Numbered from the stretch's first letter, positions 38,736 through 49,847 are shown. The stretch is DNA of 64,000 nucleotides from SAR116 cluster bacterium AG-325-F22 (GCA_003282885.1 QBYJ01000004.1:461-64460), one strand, 5' to 3'. Notes: generated by a model from the sequence alone, not told the origin. Made by a program: numbers and translations.

Positions 38736-40485
38736 ATGTCTTCAACAAAAAAAATGTGGATTGTTTTTGGATTTGTTTCAATTACTTTCCACATTTATCT
38801 AATTTTTTCTGGTTTAGTCCCAAATTTGATATCAAGGCCTATTCACATGGCTTTAATTTTACCTTGGATATTTTTGTATGATAAAAATTTTTCTAATAGC
38901 TTTATAAGCTCATTTATTGTTTTTTTAGGTATTTTTAGTTGTCTTTGGATATCGTTCAATCATGAAAGCTTAATGGACCAATATGGCTTTATCGAAGGTA
39001 GTTTTCAATTTTCAATATCTATAATTTTAATATTAATAGTACTAGAAATGGCGAGGCGATCCGTTGGTTGGCCTCTACCTTTAGTAAGTCTAATTGCTAT
39101 TTTGTACGGAATTTTTGGGGATTTCATTCCAGGGGAATTTGGTCATCCTGGAATACCTATCAATAGTTTTTTTGGAACTTTAACCATTGCTGAAGGTGGA
39201 ATATGGGGACCTTTGACAGGTGTTTCAGTATCTATAGTATCTATATTTGTAATTTTTGGATCTTTTTTAAATTCTGGTGAAGCTGGATCTGGCTTCATGA
39301 ATATAGCAACAGCGTTTGCTGGTAGACTAAAGGGGGGGGGCGGCTAAAGTTTCTGTTATATCTTCAGCCCTTTTTGGTTCAATATCAGGTTCCGCATCTG
39401 CAAATGTTGCCTCTACTGGAATGGTTACTTTACCTGCAATGATAAAGTTAGAATACCCGAAAAGGCTTGCTGCATCTGTTGAAGCTGTCGCATCATCTGG
39501 TGGACAAATCATGCCTCCATTGATGGGTGCAGGTGCATTTGTGATGGTGGAGTTAACAGGAATACCATATAATCAAATTATATTATCAGCATTACTTCCA
39601 GCTATTTTGTTTTTTTTTGCTGTTTGGGTTGGTATTGATTTTTATGCTAAAAAATATGACCTAAAACCTATAGATCAAAAATATTTGCCTAGAAAATTAA
39701 TTGTATTAACTACTTCATTTTTCTTCCTTATGCCTTTTTCTATATTATTAATATTTATGTTTATAGGCTTTACGCCTCAGTATGCTGCTTCAGTTGCTAT
39801 TTTAGCATCTTTTTTACTTCTTTTCTTTAATTTAGATAATGGTTTTGATTTAAAGTTGGGATTAAATAGATTTTTTAATGCTTGTTCTTCTTCAGGTAAG
39901 CAAATTGCTTTGATAGGTTCCATTATTTTGTGCGCTTCCATTATCATTGGTGTTCTATCAATTACTGGATTGGGAGTAAAACTTACATCACTCATAATCT
40001 CTATTTCTGATAATAATATTTGGCCCGCCTTACTCTTAACTGGCTTAGCTTGTTTAATCTTAGGAATGGAAGTTCCAACTACGGCTGCATATGTAATTTG
40101 TGTTTCAGTAGCAGGTCCTGCTTTAGTCGATATGGGTTTAGAATTACTTCAAGTACATTTATTTGTTTTTTGGTTTGCATTACTCTCTACAATAACACCA
40201 CCCGTATGTGGAACGGTTTTTATTGCTGCTGGAATGGTTAACGAAAATTGGTTAAAAGTTTCTATCACATCAATGTCTCTTGGGATTGGTCTTTACTTTA
40301 TTCCGTTAGCAATGATAGCAAATAAATCTATTCTTGATTTAAATTCTACATTTATTCTATCATTATTAGCTTTTATAAAAATAGCTTTTAGCTTAATAAT
40401 GCTGTCTTTTTCAATAATAGGAAATTATAACCCATTTTTAAGAATAGCTGTTTTTTTACTAGGTCTTTTGATAATGTTTATCTGA
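38736..40485 (+). pseudogene. TRAP fused 4TM/12TM permease, frameshifted in a G9 run (39332-39340)
   Basis: Removing one G gives ...AGRLKGGAAKVSVISSALFGSISGSASANV, joining the 38736 and 39421 ORFs; 'ASSGGQIMPP.MGAGAF', 'GM.VPTTAAY' and 'ITPPV' follow. Confidence 0.85.
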
Positions 40486-40554
40486 TTTAATATATTATTA
40501 TAAATATTGTTTATTTTTTTGCACTAAAGATTCTTGAATTCATTTATAATTTTA

Positions 40555-41340
40555 TTAATCAGAGAAAGTTATTGAACATTCTCCTAAGCCATTTATTACA
40601 GCTTTTACATTACATGGATAATCTATCCATAAAAGAGGTGTAATACTCCCAAGACTAACTATTTCATATTTTTTAATAAACTTATTTAAACTTAATTTCT
40701 TATCAAAATACCATAATAGTGCATTTAATGGGTCTTCAAGGATTGCAGAAGCAGAATTTGAATAAACCTCTTTATTATTAATGAATAATTTTCCAATTAA
40801 TTTTGAAAAATTAATGGAATTATTACTAATTTCTTTTCCTAAAATAATTGAATTTCCTAAACTTCCATCAATTATTATATGTTCAATTTTATTTTTTTTA
40901 ATATCAAAAAATCTATTTTCTACTAGCTCTAAAGATACTCCATAATAAGAAATAAAATTTCTTATATTATTTATATTGTAATTGGTATTTTCATTAATCT
41001 CTTTAGAAATTTTAATATAAATTTCACATTCAACCCCAACTTTTGTAAATTCTTTTATATAAATTGTTTTGTTACTATTAATAATTTTATTTTTAAAAAT
41101 AGGGCCAAATATAGGGTTGCTAACACCAAGTTCTTTTTGAATACTTTTATTTGTACAACCAATTTTATAGCCGATTACTTCTCCTAACCCAGACAAACTG
41201 AGTTTTTCATTTACAATTTCTTGCAAACTATATGCTTCATTTGAATCCTTGACTAGATATGAATCTAGATCATCTAATAATACTTGTTTTAATCTACTTT
41301 CTACAAATTTATTTATTAATTTGTTTTTCATTTCAATCAT
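40555..41340 (-). CDS. 2-keto-4-pentenoate hydratase-like (FAH family)
   Basis: 'AY..Q', 'GYKIG.T....Q..LG...PIFG', 'ECE', 'ELV..RF'. Confidence 0.8.
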   Translation of the reverse strand: MIEMKNKLINKFVESRLKQVLLDDLDSYLVKDSNEAYSLQEIVNEKLSLSGLGEVIGYKIGCTNKSIQKELGVSNPIFGPIFKNKIINSNKTIYIKEFTKVGVECEIYIKISKEINENTNYNINNIRNFISYYGVSLELVENRFFDIKKNKIEHIIIDGSLGNSIILGKEISNNSINFSKLIGKLFINNKEVYSNSASAILEDPLNALLWYFDKKLSLNKFIKKYEIVSLGSITPLLWIDYPCNVKAVINGLGECSITFSD

Positions 41341-41810
41341 TGGTCTGTAGAATAAACTTTTTGATATGCTTTTCCAAAGCCTTCTATGAAGAGTGCTCTA
41401 GAGGGTGTGAAGGAATAAAAATTAAAATCAGAAAACATGCCCCACATTTTACTTCCTTTATCTATTTTTTGATAACTTTTTAATAAATCAATATATTGTG
41501 AATTACTTTTATTTAAATGAAGTTTTGAAATTGAACCATTCACATTTAAACGTGGATTATTTAATTTTGTATTATTAATTTCTTTCATTGAGAAATAGAA
41601 GCTTACTTTGTCATTTAATTTCATGTTTTGTGTATGTTCACTTAAGTCACTTATTAAAATGTAAATTCTATTATTATGATACATTGGTAGAATTTTTGAT
41701 AGAAAAGGATAGCCTTCCTTGCCTAAGGTTCCAAGGATTGAAACCTCGTAATCACCTTCAATTATAGCTTGGATTTTATTTTCTACTTCTTTATTTATTT
41801 TTTGGTACAT
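41337..41810 (-). CDS. Pyridoxamine 5'-phosphate oxidase/HugZ-like protein
   Basis: 'GYPF.S', 'ISDLSEHTQN', 'F.DF', 'GFGKAY'. Confidence 0.8.
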   Translation of the reverse strand: MYQKINKEVENKIQAIIEGDYEVSILGTLGKEGYPFLSKILPMYHNNRIYILISDLSEHTQNMKLNDKVSFYFSMKEINNTKLNNPRLNVNGSISKLHLNKSNSQYIDLLKSYQKIDKGSKMWGMFSDFNFYSFTPSRALFIEGFGKAYQKVYSTDQ

Positions 41811-41918
41811 TGTTTCCTTTTAATTCAATATTAGATATCTTAACAATATATTAATTTTAAATTCTAAATAATAATTAATTATCAAATAAATAAAGTTCGT
41901 CTAAGGTAGAAGTTTTAT

Positions 41919-43157
41919 ATGCTCAAGAATAATATTTTTTATATTTTAGCATCTTTTTCATCTTTATTAGTATTATTTTATTGTTTAATAATGACTTCGC
42001 TTAGTAGAGGTGCAGGTGAAAGTTTTGGTGTTTTTTTATTACCTCTAAGTTCCCACTTTTCATGGGACAGGGCATCTGTAGCCTCTATATATTCGATATA
42101 TATGGTATGCCTGGGACTTGGGTCATTATTATCGGGTATGGCTTTTGATAGATTTGGCCCACGGTTCAATTACATGGTTGGATTGGGCTTGCTTGCAATA
42201 TCTTATGGATTATTAGGTAACTTAACTTCCATTTGGCAATTTTTTATTATTTTAGGAGTTTTTGGTGGTATTGGAGCGTCCATGGTTGGCGTAGTTCCTG
42301 CACAGAGCTTAGTCTCTAGATGGTTTGATAAAAATCTAGGAACAGCTTTATCAATAGCTTATGCAGGTCAGGGGCTGGGCGTTTTAATTATGGCTCCAAT
42401 ATCACAAATTTTAATTGATGATGTTGGTTGGCAATTATCTTATAAATATATCTCATATGTATTTGTTTTTTTATTCTTAATAGCATCAATTCTTCCTTGG
42501 AATAGAATTTCAAAAGGCTCTAAAAATAATCCTCGTAAAACTTTTAATGGAAAAGCAGTAGGAGGTATCTCACTAATAAAAGCTGTCAAAGAAAAAACAT
42601 TTTGGGGTTTTTTCTTTATCTTTTGTTTTACAGCTGTTGGCATATTTGGAATATCATTACATGTTGTTGCGTATTTAGTTTATATTGGATTGAGTGAAGT
42701 TCAGGCGGCATTTTCTTTCGGTATAGCAGGAATGCTCAATTTTGTTGGCATGGTGTTGACTGGTTTAGCGGCTGATAAGTACCCCAGACATATTGTGGCA
42801 ACTGTAAGTTATTTACTAAGTTTTATTGCTATTTTTAGTTTAACATTAATGCAATTATTTCCTTCTATAATACTATTAATTCTATTTATATTAGGATTTG
42901 GTTTATCTGCAGGTGCAAGAGGGCCAATAATCACAACTTTGATGGCAGAAATATTTGCTGGTAAAGGATTAGCATCTATTTACGGAGCCACAAACCTTGG
43001 TCAAGGCTTAGGTGCTGCTACTGGAGCTTTATTAGCTGGATTTCTTTTTGATTTGACTGGTGGTTATAACTTTGGTTTCTTAATATGTACTATATTTACA
43101 TTCTTAGGTGCCTTGTTGTTTTGGACTGTTCCTCAAATAAGATATGCTAAAATATAA
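41919..43157 (+). CDS. MFS transporter
   Basis: About 12 TM helices; 'G..FDRFGPR', 'VSRWF', 'G..ADK'. Confidence 0.9.
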   Translation: MLKNNIFYILASFSSLLVLFYCLIMTSLSRGAGESFGVFLLPLSSHFSWDRASVASIYSIYMVCLGLGSLLSGMAFDRFGPRFNYMVGLGLLAISYGLLGNLTSIWQFFIILGVFGGIGASMVGVVPAQSLVSRWFDKNLGTALSIAYAGQGLGVLIMAPISQILIDDVGWQLSYKYISYVFVFLFLIASILPWNRISKGSKNNPRKTFNGKAVGGISLIKAVKEKTFWGFFFIFCFTAVGIFGISLHVVAYLVYIGLSEVQAAFSFGIAGMLNFVGMVLTGLAADKYPRHIVATVSYLLSFIAIFSLTLMQLFPSIILLILFILGFGLSAGARGPIITTLMAEIFAGKGLASIYGATNLGQGLGAATGALLAGFLFDLTGGYNFGFLICTIFTFLGALLFWTVPQIRYAKI

Positions 43158-43170
43158 AAAGGAAGTTGTC

Positions 43171-44115
43171 ATGAGTATAATTACTAGAGATTTCATAGTT
43201 AAAGCCAAAGGTTTAAAATTTCCTGAAGGTCCTATTTCTATGAATGATGGATCAATTATTTTAGTTGAAATTGCAAGAGGTACTCTAAGTAAGATTAACA
43301 TATCAGGGGAAACAGAAGTAATTGCAAATTTAGGAGGGGGGCCTAACGGAGCTGCTATTGGACCAGATGGATATTGTTATGTTTGTAACAATGGTGGGTT
43401 TGAATGGGAAATTTCTAATAATAATAAGTTCATGAGGCCTATCTTAGAAAGTAAATCTTATTCAGGTGGAAAAATACAAAAAGTCAACATTACTACTGGT
43501 GAGTTCTCTACTTTATACGACAATTGTAATAATATACCTCTTAATGGTCCAAATGACATAGTTTTTGATAAAAATGGTAATTTTTGGTTCACAGACCTTG
43601 GTAAAGTTAGAAATAGAGATATGGATAGGGGTGCAATATATTGGGCTAAGGCTGATGGATCAATGATTAAAGAAGTTATCCACCCTTTTATGACACCTAA
43701 TGGAATAGGATTGTCTCCTGATGAAAGAACACTTTATGTAGCTGAAACAGAAGGGGGTAAACTTTACAGTTTTAAAATTATAGGCGATGGAGATGTTGAA
43801 AAAATTCCTTTTCCAAATTCTATTAACGGAGGTATTTTGTTAAATAATGAAGGAGGAATTAAAAGGTTTGATTCACTTGCTGTTGAAAATAATGGGAATA
43901 TTTGTGTAGGGACACTTTTTAACGGAGGTGTTACGGTTATATCACCATCAGGAGAATTAGTTGAATTTATAAAATTTGAAGATCCTTACATAACCAATAT
44001 TTGTTTTGGCTCGAAAGATTTACAAACAGCATACATTACAGCTTCATATGAAGGAAATTTACTGGAAGTTCCATGGGCAAGAAAAGGTCTAGCGTTAAAT
44101 TTTTTGAATAAATGA
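43171..44115 (+). CDS. SMP-30/gluconolactonase family protein
   Basis: FPEGP, GPNG, PND, PNGIGLSPD, D, TNICFG. Confidence 0.9.
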   Translation: MSIITRDFIVKAKGLKFPEGPISMNDGSIILVEIARGTLSKINISGETEVIANLGGGPNGAAIGPDGYCYVCNNGGFEWEISNNNKFMRPILESKSYSGGKIQKVNITTGEFSTLYDNCNNIPLNGPNDIVFDKNGNFWFTDLGKVRNRDMDRGAIYWAKADGSMIKEVIHPFMTPNGIGLSPDERTLYVAETEGGKLYSFKIIGDGDVEKIPFPNSINGGILLNNEGGIKRFDSLAVENNGNICVGTLFNGGVTVISPSGELVEFIKFEDPYITNICFGSKDLQTAYITASYEGNLLEVPWARKGLALNFLNK

Positions 44116-44116
44116 T

Positions 44117-44974
44117 TTATAATAAATCTAAAATTTCATTTTTTAAATTTAATATTACATCTCTTGGATCATCATTAATATCTGACTGAAATACCTCAAA
44201 CTCTATTTTTATATTATCTTTCCTATTAAAAATATATTTGATGTATTTAGATAAGTTTAAATTATTTTGATTATTTAAGTTATTAATAGTTTTTCTACCA
44301 ATGGGTCTATAATTTTTATCAAAATTTATATTACAGAATTGTAGCAAACCTAATTTTGGAGATTTTTTCAAAAAAGTATCTAATTCAATATCAGCAAAGC
44401 TATGATAGAGGTCAATTATTACCCTGTGGTTATAATTTTTAACTAATTTTAAACAACTTGCTATTGAATTAAAGTGTCCTTTTTTTAAAATTTCCCAACT
44501 TCCAATAGGTTCTAGCCCAAGTGTTAAATTAAACTTTGAAGCTTCTTCAAATAATAAAATTATTTTTTGACTAGTTTCTTTTCTTAAGACTTCAATATCT
44601 ATTTTATCAATATCTAATGTAAATTCTTTACTTATAGGGTTAGGTCCACCCATTACCCCACCTGTAATAAGGCATACAAGGTCAGGGTTTAATATTTTAG
44701 CACTTTGTAATACTTTTTCATTTTGTTTAAAGTAATAAGGATCAGTGAAATAACCAACCGAGTTAATGCTTGTAACATTGATTTTATTTAAAGTAAGTTC
44801 CTGTTTTAATTTATTTACTCCAAAATTATTAATAAAATCAGTATGTAAACCAATATTTTTAATTCTAGATTTTATTATTAATTGTATAAATTCAAATGGA
44901 TTTCTATCGTTTGGCCATAAATAACTATTAACTGATAAATTATTATCTAGTAAATCTTTATAATTAATTTTCAT
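44117..44974 (-). CDS. Xylose-isomerase-like TIM barrel (sugar phosphate isomerase/epimerase family)
   Basis: 'LGLEPI', 'IDLYH', 'EFEVF'. Confidence 0.65.
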   Translation of the reverse strand: MKINYKDLLDNNLSVNSYLWPNDRNPFEFIQLIIKSRIKNIGLHTDFINNFGVNKLKQELTLNKINVTSINSVGYFTDPYYFKQNEKVLQSAKILNPDLVCLITGGVMGGPNPISKEFTLDIDKIDIEVLRKETSQKIILLFEEASKFNLTLGLEPIGSWEILKKGHFNSIASCLKLVKNYNHRVIIDLYHSFADIELDTFLKKSPKLGLLQFCNINFDKNYRPIGRKTINNLNNQNNLNLSKYIKYIFNRKDNIKIEFEVFQSDINDDPRDVILNLKNEILDLL

Positions 44975-45089
44975 AAAAGTGTCTCTTAATTTTACATAAA
45001 TTTGAATTATGTGATAGTAGTTATTTAAAATTTTTATTTAAATAATTAAATGTTAAATAAATTAACCATACATCAATTAGATTTTTTAA

Positions 45090-46259
45090 ATGTTAAGAAT
45101 AAATAGAAGAAATTTCGTTAAAAACACATCCTTAATTACTTTATCGTCTTTGATTAGTCAAACATTGATAATGAAAGCATTAGCAAATAATTCATTAAGG
45201 ATTTACTCTGTTAATGTAGCTAAAGTAACTAATAATTGGAACGAAATGAGTGAAAAGGCTAACGTTCCAATAGCTTTTTATCCTAAGAAAGGCTCTTCAA
45301 AAGAATTTCTCCAGTTGTTTTCTAAAGTAGGTGGAGGACAAAAATTGTATGATGCTATATCTGATAATGGTGGTAACCAAGAAGATCTTTTATTTGAAAC
45401 AGAATCGATAGTAACTCTAGATACTTCTAGAATAAAAAATTGGAAAAACTTGATACCTCAATATAAAGAAGGAAATTTTGCTGCAGATACAATTAGAAAC
45501 AAGAACGGTGAAATTGTTGCTGTGCCATATATATCAAATGCTGATTCGTTAGCTTATAATAAAGAAAAAGTTGGTGCTGATATTGATAGTTGGGATGCGT
45601 TATTTGACAGTCAATTTAAAGGTTATGCATCTTTGCAAAATGAACCAGGTCCAACTTTATCGACTACAGCCTTATATTTAAAAGAAACTGGAAAACAAGA
45701 TATTATTGATCCTTCTAATTTGTCAAAGTCAGAGTTAAAAGGTGTTTGTGAATTTTTAATAGATAAAAAAAAGAAAGGACAATTTAAAACATTTTGGAAC
45801 AACTTTGATAATGGTGTTGATTTACTTGTCAGTGAACAAGTTCTTGTTTCGTCATGCTGGGAGCCTATAGCTGTTATAGCTACAAAAAAAGGTGCTGATA
45901 TTCATTATGGAACTATGAAAGAGGGGCATCAGACTTGGAATAATGTATGGATGCTAACTAAAGGTGGAAAAGATAGAGGGCAGGAGGACAATTTTTACAA
46001 ATTGATGGACTTATATTTATCCCCATGGTTTGGTGCAAGAACTCTTTCTATGTTAGGTTTTACACCTCAAATGATTGGAGTACATGACTATGTTAAAACA
46101 AATCCAAGTGAGTTTGACAAAAATAAAGAGGAAATTATAGCTCAAAGACTTAAGAATAAAGCTAAAAGGTTTGCTGTAAAAGGAAATTCTTGGCAAAATT
46201 TATATCCACAAGAGCTCGTTTCTTACCAAAATTGGTGGAAAAAGATACAAGCTGCCTAA
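45090..46259 (+). CDS. PotD-like ABC substrate-binding protein with Tat signal
   Basis: 'INRRNFVK' twin-arginine; 'VP.....SLAYN', 'DSWDALFD..FKG'. Confidence 0.75.
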   Translation: MLRINRRNFVKNTSLITLSSLISQTLIMKALANNSLRIYSVNVAKVTNNWNEMSEKANVPIAFYPKKGSSKEFLQLFSKVGGGQKLYDAISDNGGNQEDLLFETESIVTLDTSRIKNWKNLIPQYKEGNFAADTIRNKNGEIVAVPYISNADSLAYNKEKVGADIDSWDALFDSQFKGYASLQNEPGPTLSTTALYLKETGKQDIIDPSNLSKSELKGVCEFLIDKKKKGQFKTFWNNFDNGVDLLVSEQVLVSSCWEPIAVIATKKGADIHYGTMKEGHQTWNNVWMLTKGGKDRGQEDNFYKLMDLYLSPWFGARTLSMLGFTPQMIGVHDYVKTNPSEFDKNKEEIIAQRLKNKAKRFAVKGNSWQNLYPQELVSYQNWWKKIQAA

Positions 46260-46291
46260 TATTTTATGAATTTTATCACAGGATTTTACAA

Positions 46292-46963
46292 ATGTCTTAC
46301 GGAAATATTTTTAAACATTTAAAAGAAAATCATAAGAAAAATTGGCTTTTATACACTAAGCATGATTTTGTTAACAAATTATCAAATGATACACTCAAAG
46401 AAGAAAAATTTTTACATTATTTAACCCAAGATTATTTATTTTTAATTCAATTCTCTAAAGCTTGGGCTTTAGCTATTTTGAAATCTGACAATTTGGAAGA
46501 AATGAAAATTGCCGCTAGCACAGTAAATGACTTAATAAATTTTGAAATGGAACTTCATATCACCTTATGTGCAAATTATGGTATATCAAAATCTGATCTA
46601 GAAAATGCGGATGAAGAAAATGCTAATATTGCCTACACAAGATATGTTTTAGAACTCGGATACTCAGGTGATTTTTTAGATCTATTATCTTCTCTTGCAC
46701 CATGTGTTCTAGGTTATGGTGAAATTGGCTTAAACTGTCAAAACAGCAATCCCAAAACACTTATGTATAAGAAGTGGATAGAAACATATTCAAGTATTGA
46801 ATACCAAGATGTCTGTAAAAATGTATCTGGATTAATAGATAAGGCATTCTTGTTAAGATTAGGTACTAATTTTGAAAACACTTATAAATGGAAAACAGTT
46901 AATCAAATTTTTAACAAGTCAACTCTTCTTGAAATTGATTTTTGGAATATGGCAATGAGATAA
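46292..46963 (+). CDS. tenA: Thiaminase II / aminopyrimidine aminohydrolase
   Basis: 'H.FV', 'YLTQDYLFL', catalytic 'APCVLGY', 'Y..WI..Y', 'LE..FW.MA'. Confidence 0.88.
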   Translation: MSYGNIFKHLKENHKKNWLLYTKHDFVNKLSNDTLKEEKFLHYLTQDYLFLIQFSKAWALAILKSDNLEEMKIAASTVNDLINFEMELHITLCANYGISKSDLENADEENANIAYTRYVLELGYSGDFLDLLSSLAPCVLGYGEIGLNCQNSNPKTLMYKKWIETYSSIEYQDVCKNVSGLIDKAFLLRLGTNFENTYKWKTVNQIFNKSTLLEIDFWNMAMR

Positions 46964-46965
46964 TA

Positions 46966-46994
46966 TAAGGAGTATTTTTAAAAAATACCCCTTA
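46966..46994. terminator. Bidirectional terminator-like hairpin between convergent genes
   Basis: TAAGGAGTATTTTT / AAAAATACCCCTTA inverted repeat with one mismatch. Confidence 0.55.
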
Positions 46995-47005
46995 ATTAAA
47001 TATAA

Positions 47006-47587
47006 TTAGGAAAAGCTGTTTTGAGCTACTGTCATGGCTACTAACATGGGAATAGATAATATTACATTTTTTCTTGAAAATAACATTGCCCTTCTTGCTG
47101 CTTTAGCTTTAGTCTCTGCATCAACTTCAATTATACCTAAAGCTTTTTTTTGATTAGGCCATATTACTGCCCAAACATTCACAAACATTATTATTCCAAG
47201 CCACATGCCAATACCTATTGGCCATTGTCCCTCAGAAAATGTCATTGCATCATGAAGATAACCATTTAAGTGAGCTAAAATCAAACCGGATAAAACTGTA
47301 GCAACTGCACCCCATCTAAACCACCATAATGCAGCTGGGGCAATAACTTTACTAATAGCTGGTTTTTGTTCATCTGGGATCTTGGCCATATTAGGTATTT
47401 GTACAAAATTAAAGTAATATAATATACCAACCCACATTATAGCAGCTACAACGTGAAACCACCTTAATAGCCACATATTAAAAGCTGTTTGATCAAATGA
47501 GCCTTGTGCCAAAAAGAAAATTAAAATAAATGCTAATACAAATCCAGTAATGACTGCACTTCTTAAATTAGTTAATAATGAAGACAT
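47006..47587 (-). CDS. Urate hydroxylase PuuD-like (COG3748) membrane protein, short form
   Basis: 'RW.HV...I.W.G...YFNF', 'WFRW', 'NVW..IWPNQK', 'SR.N..LSIPM'. Confidence 0.82.
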   Translation of the reverse strand: MSSLLTNLRSAVITGFVLAFILIFFLAQGSFDQTAFNMWLLRWFHVVAAIMWVGILYYFNFVQIPNMAKIPDEQKPAISKVIAPAALWWFRWGAVATVLSGLILAHLNGYLHDAMTFSEGQWPIGIGMWLGIIMFVNVWAVIWPNQKKALGIIEVDAETKAKAARRAMLFSRKNVILSIPMLVAMTVAQNSFS

Positions 47588-47735
47588 ATAATCCTCCCAA
47601 GATTATAAAATACAAACAATATTACATTAATGTCATTTATACAAACTAATCTCTTTCGATCTAGTAAGTATAGAATTTATTTATAATTAAATATAATATA
47701 CTATTATAAAAATTAATTTGATAAAGAGCTTATTA

Positions 47736-49229
47736 ATGCATACTTATGATGTTCATATTAAGAATGGTGAAGTTATAGATGGTACTGGCGCTCCAAAATT
47801 TAAGTCTGACATTGTTATTGATAATGGTAAAATAATTGGTGTTTTCCCTCCTGAGAATGGAGACGTACGAGATCCGTCAGAAAACCATTTCTTATCTAAT
47901 TTTAAAGCTAAATATACATTAGATGCAGAAAATAAGATTATTTCGCCAGGATTTATAGATGTTCATACTCACGATGATGATAATGTATTTTTAGATCCAA
48001 CAATGTCTTCAAAAATCAGTCAGGGTGTAACAACTTGTATAGCAGGTAATTGTGGTATTAGCTTAGCACCATTTAGTTATAAGGGTGATGTTCCAGCGCC
48101 AATAGCACTCTTAGGAAAGCCAGATGTTTTTAGATTTCCAAGGGTTAAGGATTATAAAACTGAATTCGAAGACAAACCTAGTACTGTAAATCTTGCCCTT
48201 TTAACTGGGCATTCTATGTTAAGAGTAGAGGCAATGAATGGTGAGTTTGAAAGGGCTGCAAGCAAGCATGAAATAAATAAAATGGTAGACTGTTTAAAGA
48301 CAGCCCTGGAAGATGGTTCAATTGGATTATCAACTGGTTTGGCATATCCCGCAGCAAATGACGCACCTACCTCAGAGATTATTGAATTAGCTAAAATCTT
48401 ACCAGAGTTTGATGGGGTTTTTACTACACATATGAGAAATGAAGCTATTGATGTTATTAAATCAGTTAATGAAACTATTAAAATATCATCTTCAACAAAG
48501 GTAAGAACTGTAATTTCACATCATAAATGTGCAGGAAGAGAAAATTGGGGAAAAAGTAAAACTACTCTTAAGTTGATTGAGGAAGCTAAAAAAAATAATT
48601 TTCTTGATTTAGATTGCTACCCTTACACAGCTAGTTCTACTATGCTGCTTAAAAGCTTTGTAAAAAGAGCAGACAAGGTTTTAGTAACTTGGTCAGATAA
48701 TTATCCAGATATCTCTGGTGAAGATTTGAATGTTTTATCAGAAAAATTTGGCTTAAGTATTGATAAAACTATTGATAAGCTCTATCCGGCTGGAGCTATA
48801 TACTTTCAGATGGATGATGAAGATTTAAATAGAATACTTAAGTTTCCAGGGTCAATGATAGGCTCTGACGGTATCCCTGGTGATAGACATCCTCATCCAC
48901 GACTTTGGGGAACTTTTCCTAGAGTATTAGGAAAATATTCTCGAGAAATGAAATTATTCCCACTTGAGGAAGCTGTTTATAAAATGACTGGTAAAAGCGC
49001 TGAGGTTTTTGGGCTTAAATCTAGAGGTACAATAGATGAAGGAAACTATGCAGATTTAGTGATATTTAACCCAGATACAATTATTGATAAAGCTTCTTAT
49101 AAATCACCAAAACTTCATTCTGAAGGTATTGAAAGTGTGTTTGTAAACGGAAAAGTAGTTTGGGAGAACGATGGAGCAACCAACAACAGACCGGGAATGT
49201 TTCTTCCTGGCAAAAATTTCATTAATTAA
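47736..49229 (+). CDS. N-acyl-D-amino-acid deacylase (amidohydrolase)
   Basis: PGFIDVHTH, GNCG, HMRNE, SHHK, GSD, HPR..GTFPR. Confidence 0.9.
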   Translation: MHTYDVHIKNGEVIDGTGAPKFKSDIVIDNGKIIGVFPPENGDVRDPSENHFLSNFKAKYTLDAENKIISPGFIDVHTHDDDNVFLDPTMSSKISQGVTTCIAGNCGISLAPFSYKGDVPAPIALLGKPDVFRFPRVKDYKTEFEDKPSTVNLALLTGHSMLRVEAMNGEFERAASKHEINKMVDCLKTALEDGSIGLSTGLAYPAANDAPTSEIIELAKILPEFDGVFTTHMRNEAIDVIKSVNETIKISSSTKVRTVISHHKCAGRENWGKSKTTLKLIEEAKKNNFLDLDCYPYTASSTMLLKSFVKRADKVLVTWSDNYPDISGEDLNVLSEKFGLSIDKTIDKLYPAGAIYFQMDDEDLNRILKFPGSMIGSDGIPGDRHPHPRLWGTFPRVLGKYSREMKLFPLEEAVYKMTGKSAEVFGLKSRGTIDEGNYADLVIFNPDTIIDKASYKSPKLHSEGIESVFVNGKVVWENDGATNNRPGMFLPGKNFIN

Positions 49230-49771
49230 ACATATTTTTCAAAATCTTTAAATTCAACGGGTGAAAAACCATTTTTTTGGTATAATTGTAAAGCTCTTTT
49301 ATGATCAAGCGAACACGTGTTTACAGTTAAAGTTTCTATTTTTTTGCTGTCCCAAGCTGTTAAAACAGCTGTTTTTAAAAGATATTCTCCTAAACCAATA
49401 CCTATTGCTTCTTCAACAAGTCCTAAAAAGCTCAAATTACAGATATTAATTGTTCTATAATCTAACATAAAGAAACCTACTGGCCAACCATCCTTAATAA
49501 GAGTGTAAAATATTACATTTTTATCATTAACAAAATTGTTAACTTCCTTGTCAGTCTTATTAAGCCAGTCAGTCCAGTAATAATTTTTTCCAACCTGTTT
49601 GTAAAAAAATAAAAAATACCAAGAAGGAATATTTTCAGCTTTTAAAATAGTTAATTTATGTTTCAGTGTCTTTGGCCAATCAAAGTGTGGACGGTTCTTC
49701 ATTTCTAGGTAGGTAACTCTATATTTAATTATTTCTGAAGCAATTTTATTCACGTAAAAAACAACTTTCAA
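49226..49771 (-). CDS. GNAT acetyltransferase
   Basis: 'G.GLG..LL', 'TCSLDH.RAL.LYQK.GF'; start uncertain. Confidence 0.85.
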   Translation of the reverse strand: MKVVFYVNKIASEIIKYRVTYLEMKNRPHFDWPKTLKHKLTILKAENIPSWYFLFFYKQVGKNYYWTDWLNKTDKEVNNFVNDKNVIFYTLIKDGWPVGFFMLDYRTINICNLSFLGLVEEAIGIGLGEYLLKTAVLTAWDSKKIETLTVNTCSLDHKRALQLYQKNGFSPVEFKDFEKYV

Positions 49772-49847
49772 TTTACTTTAATTAAGTTTTCTGCACTATA
49801 GTCCATATTATTAATCTTATTATTATTGAAAATTATTAGGAGTACAA

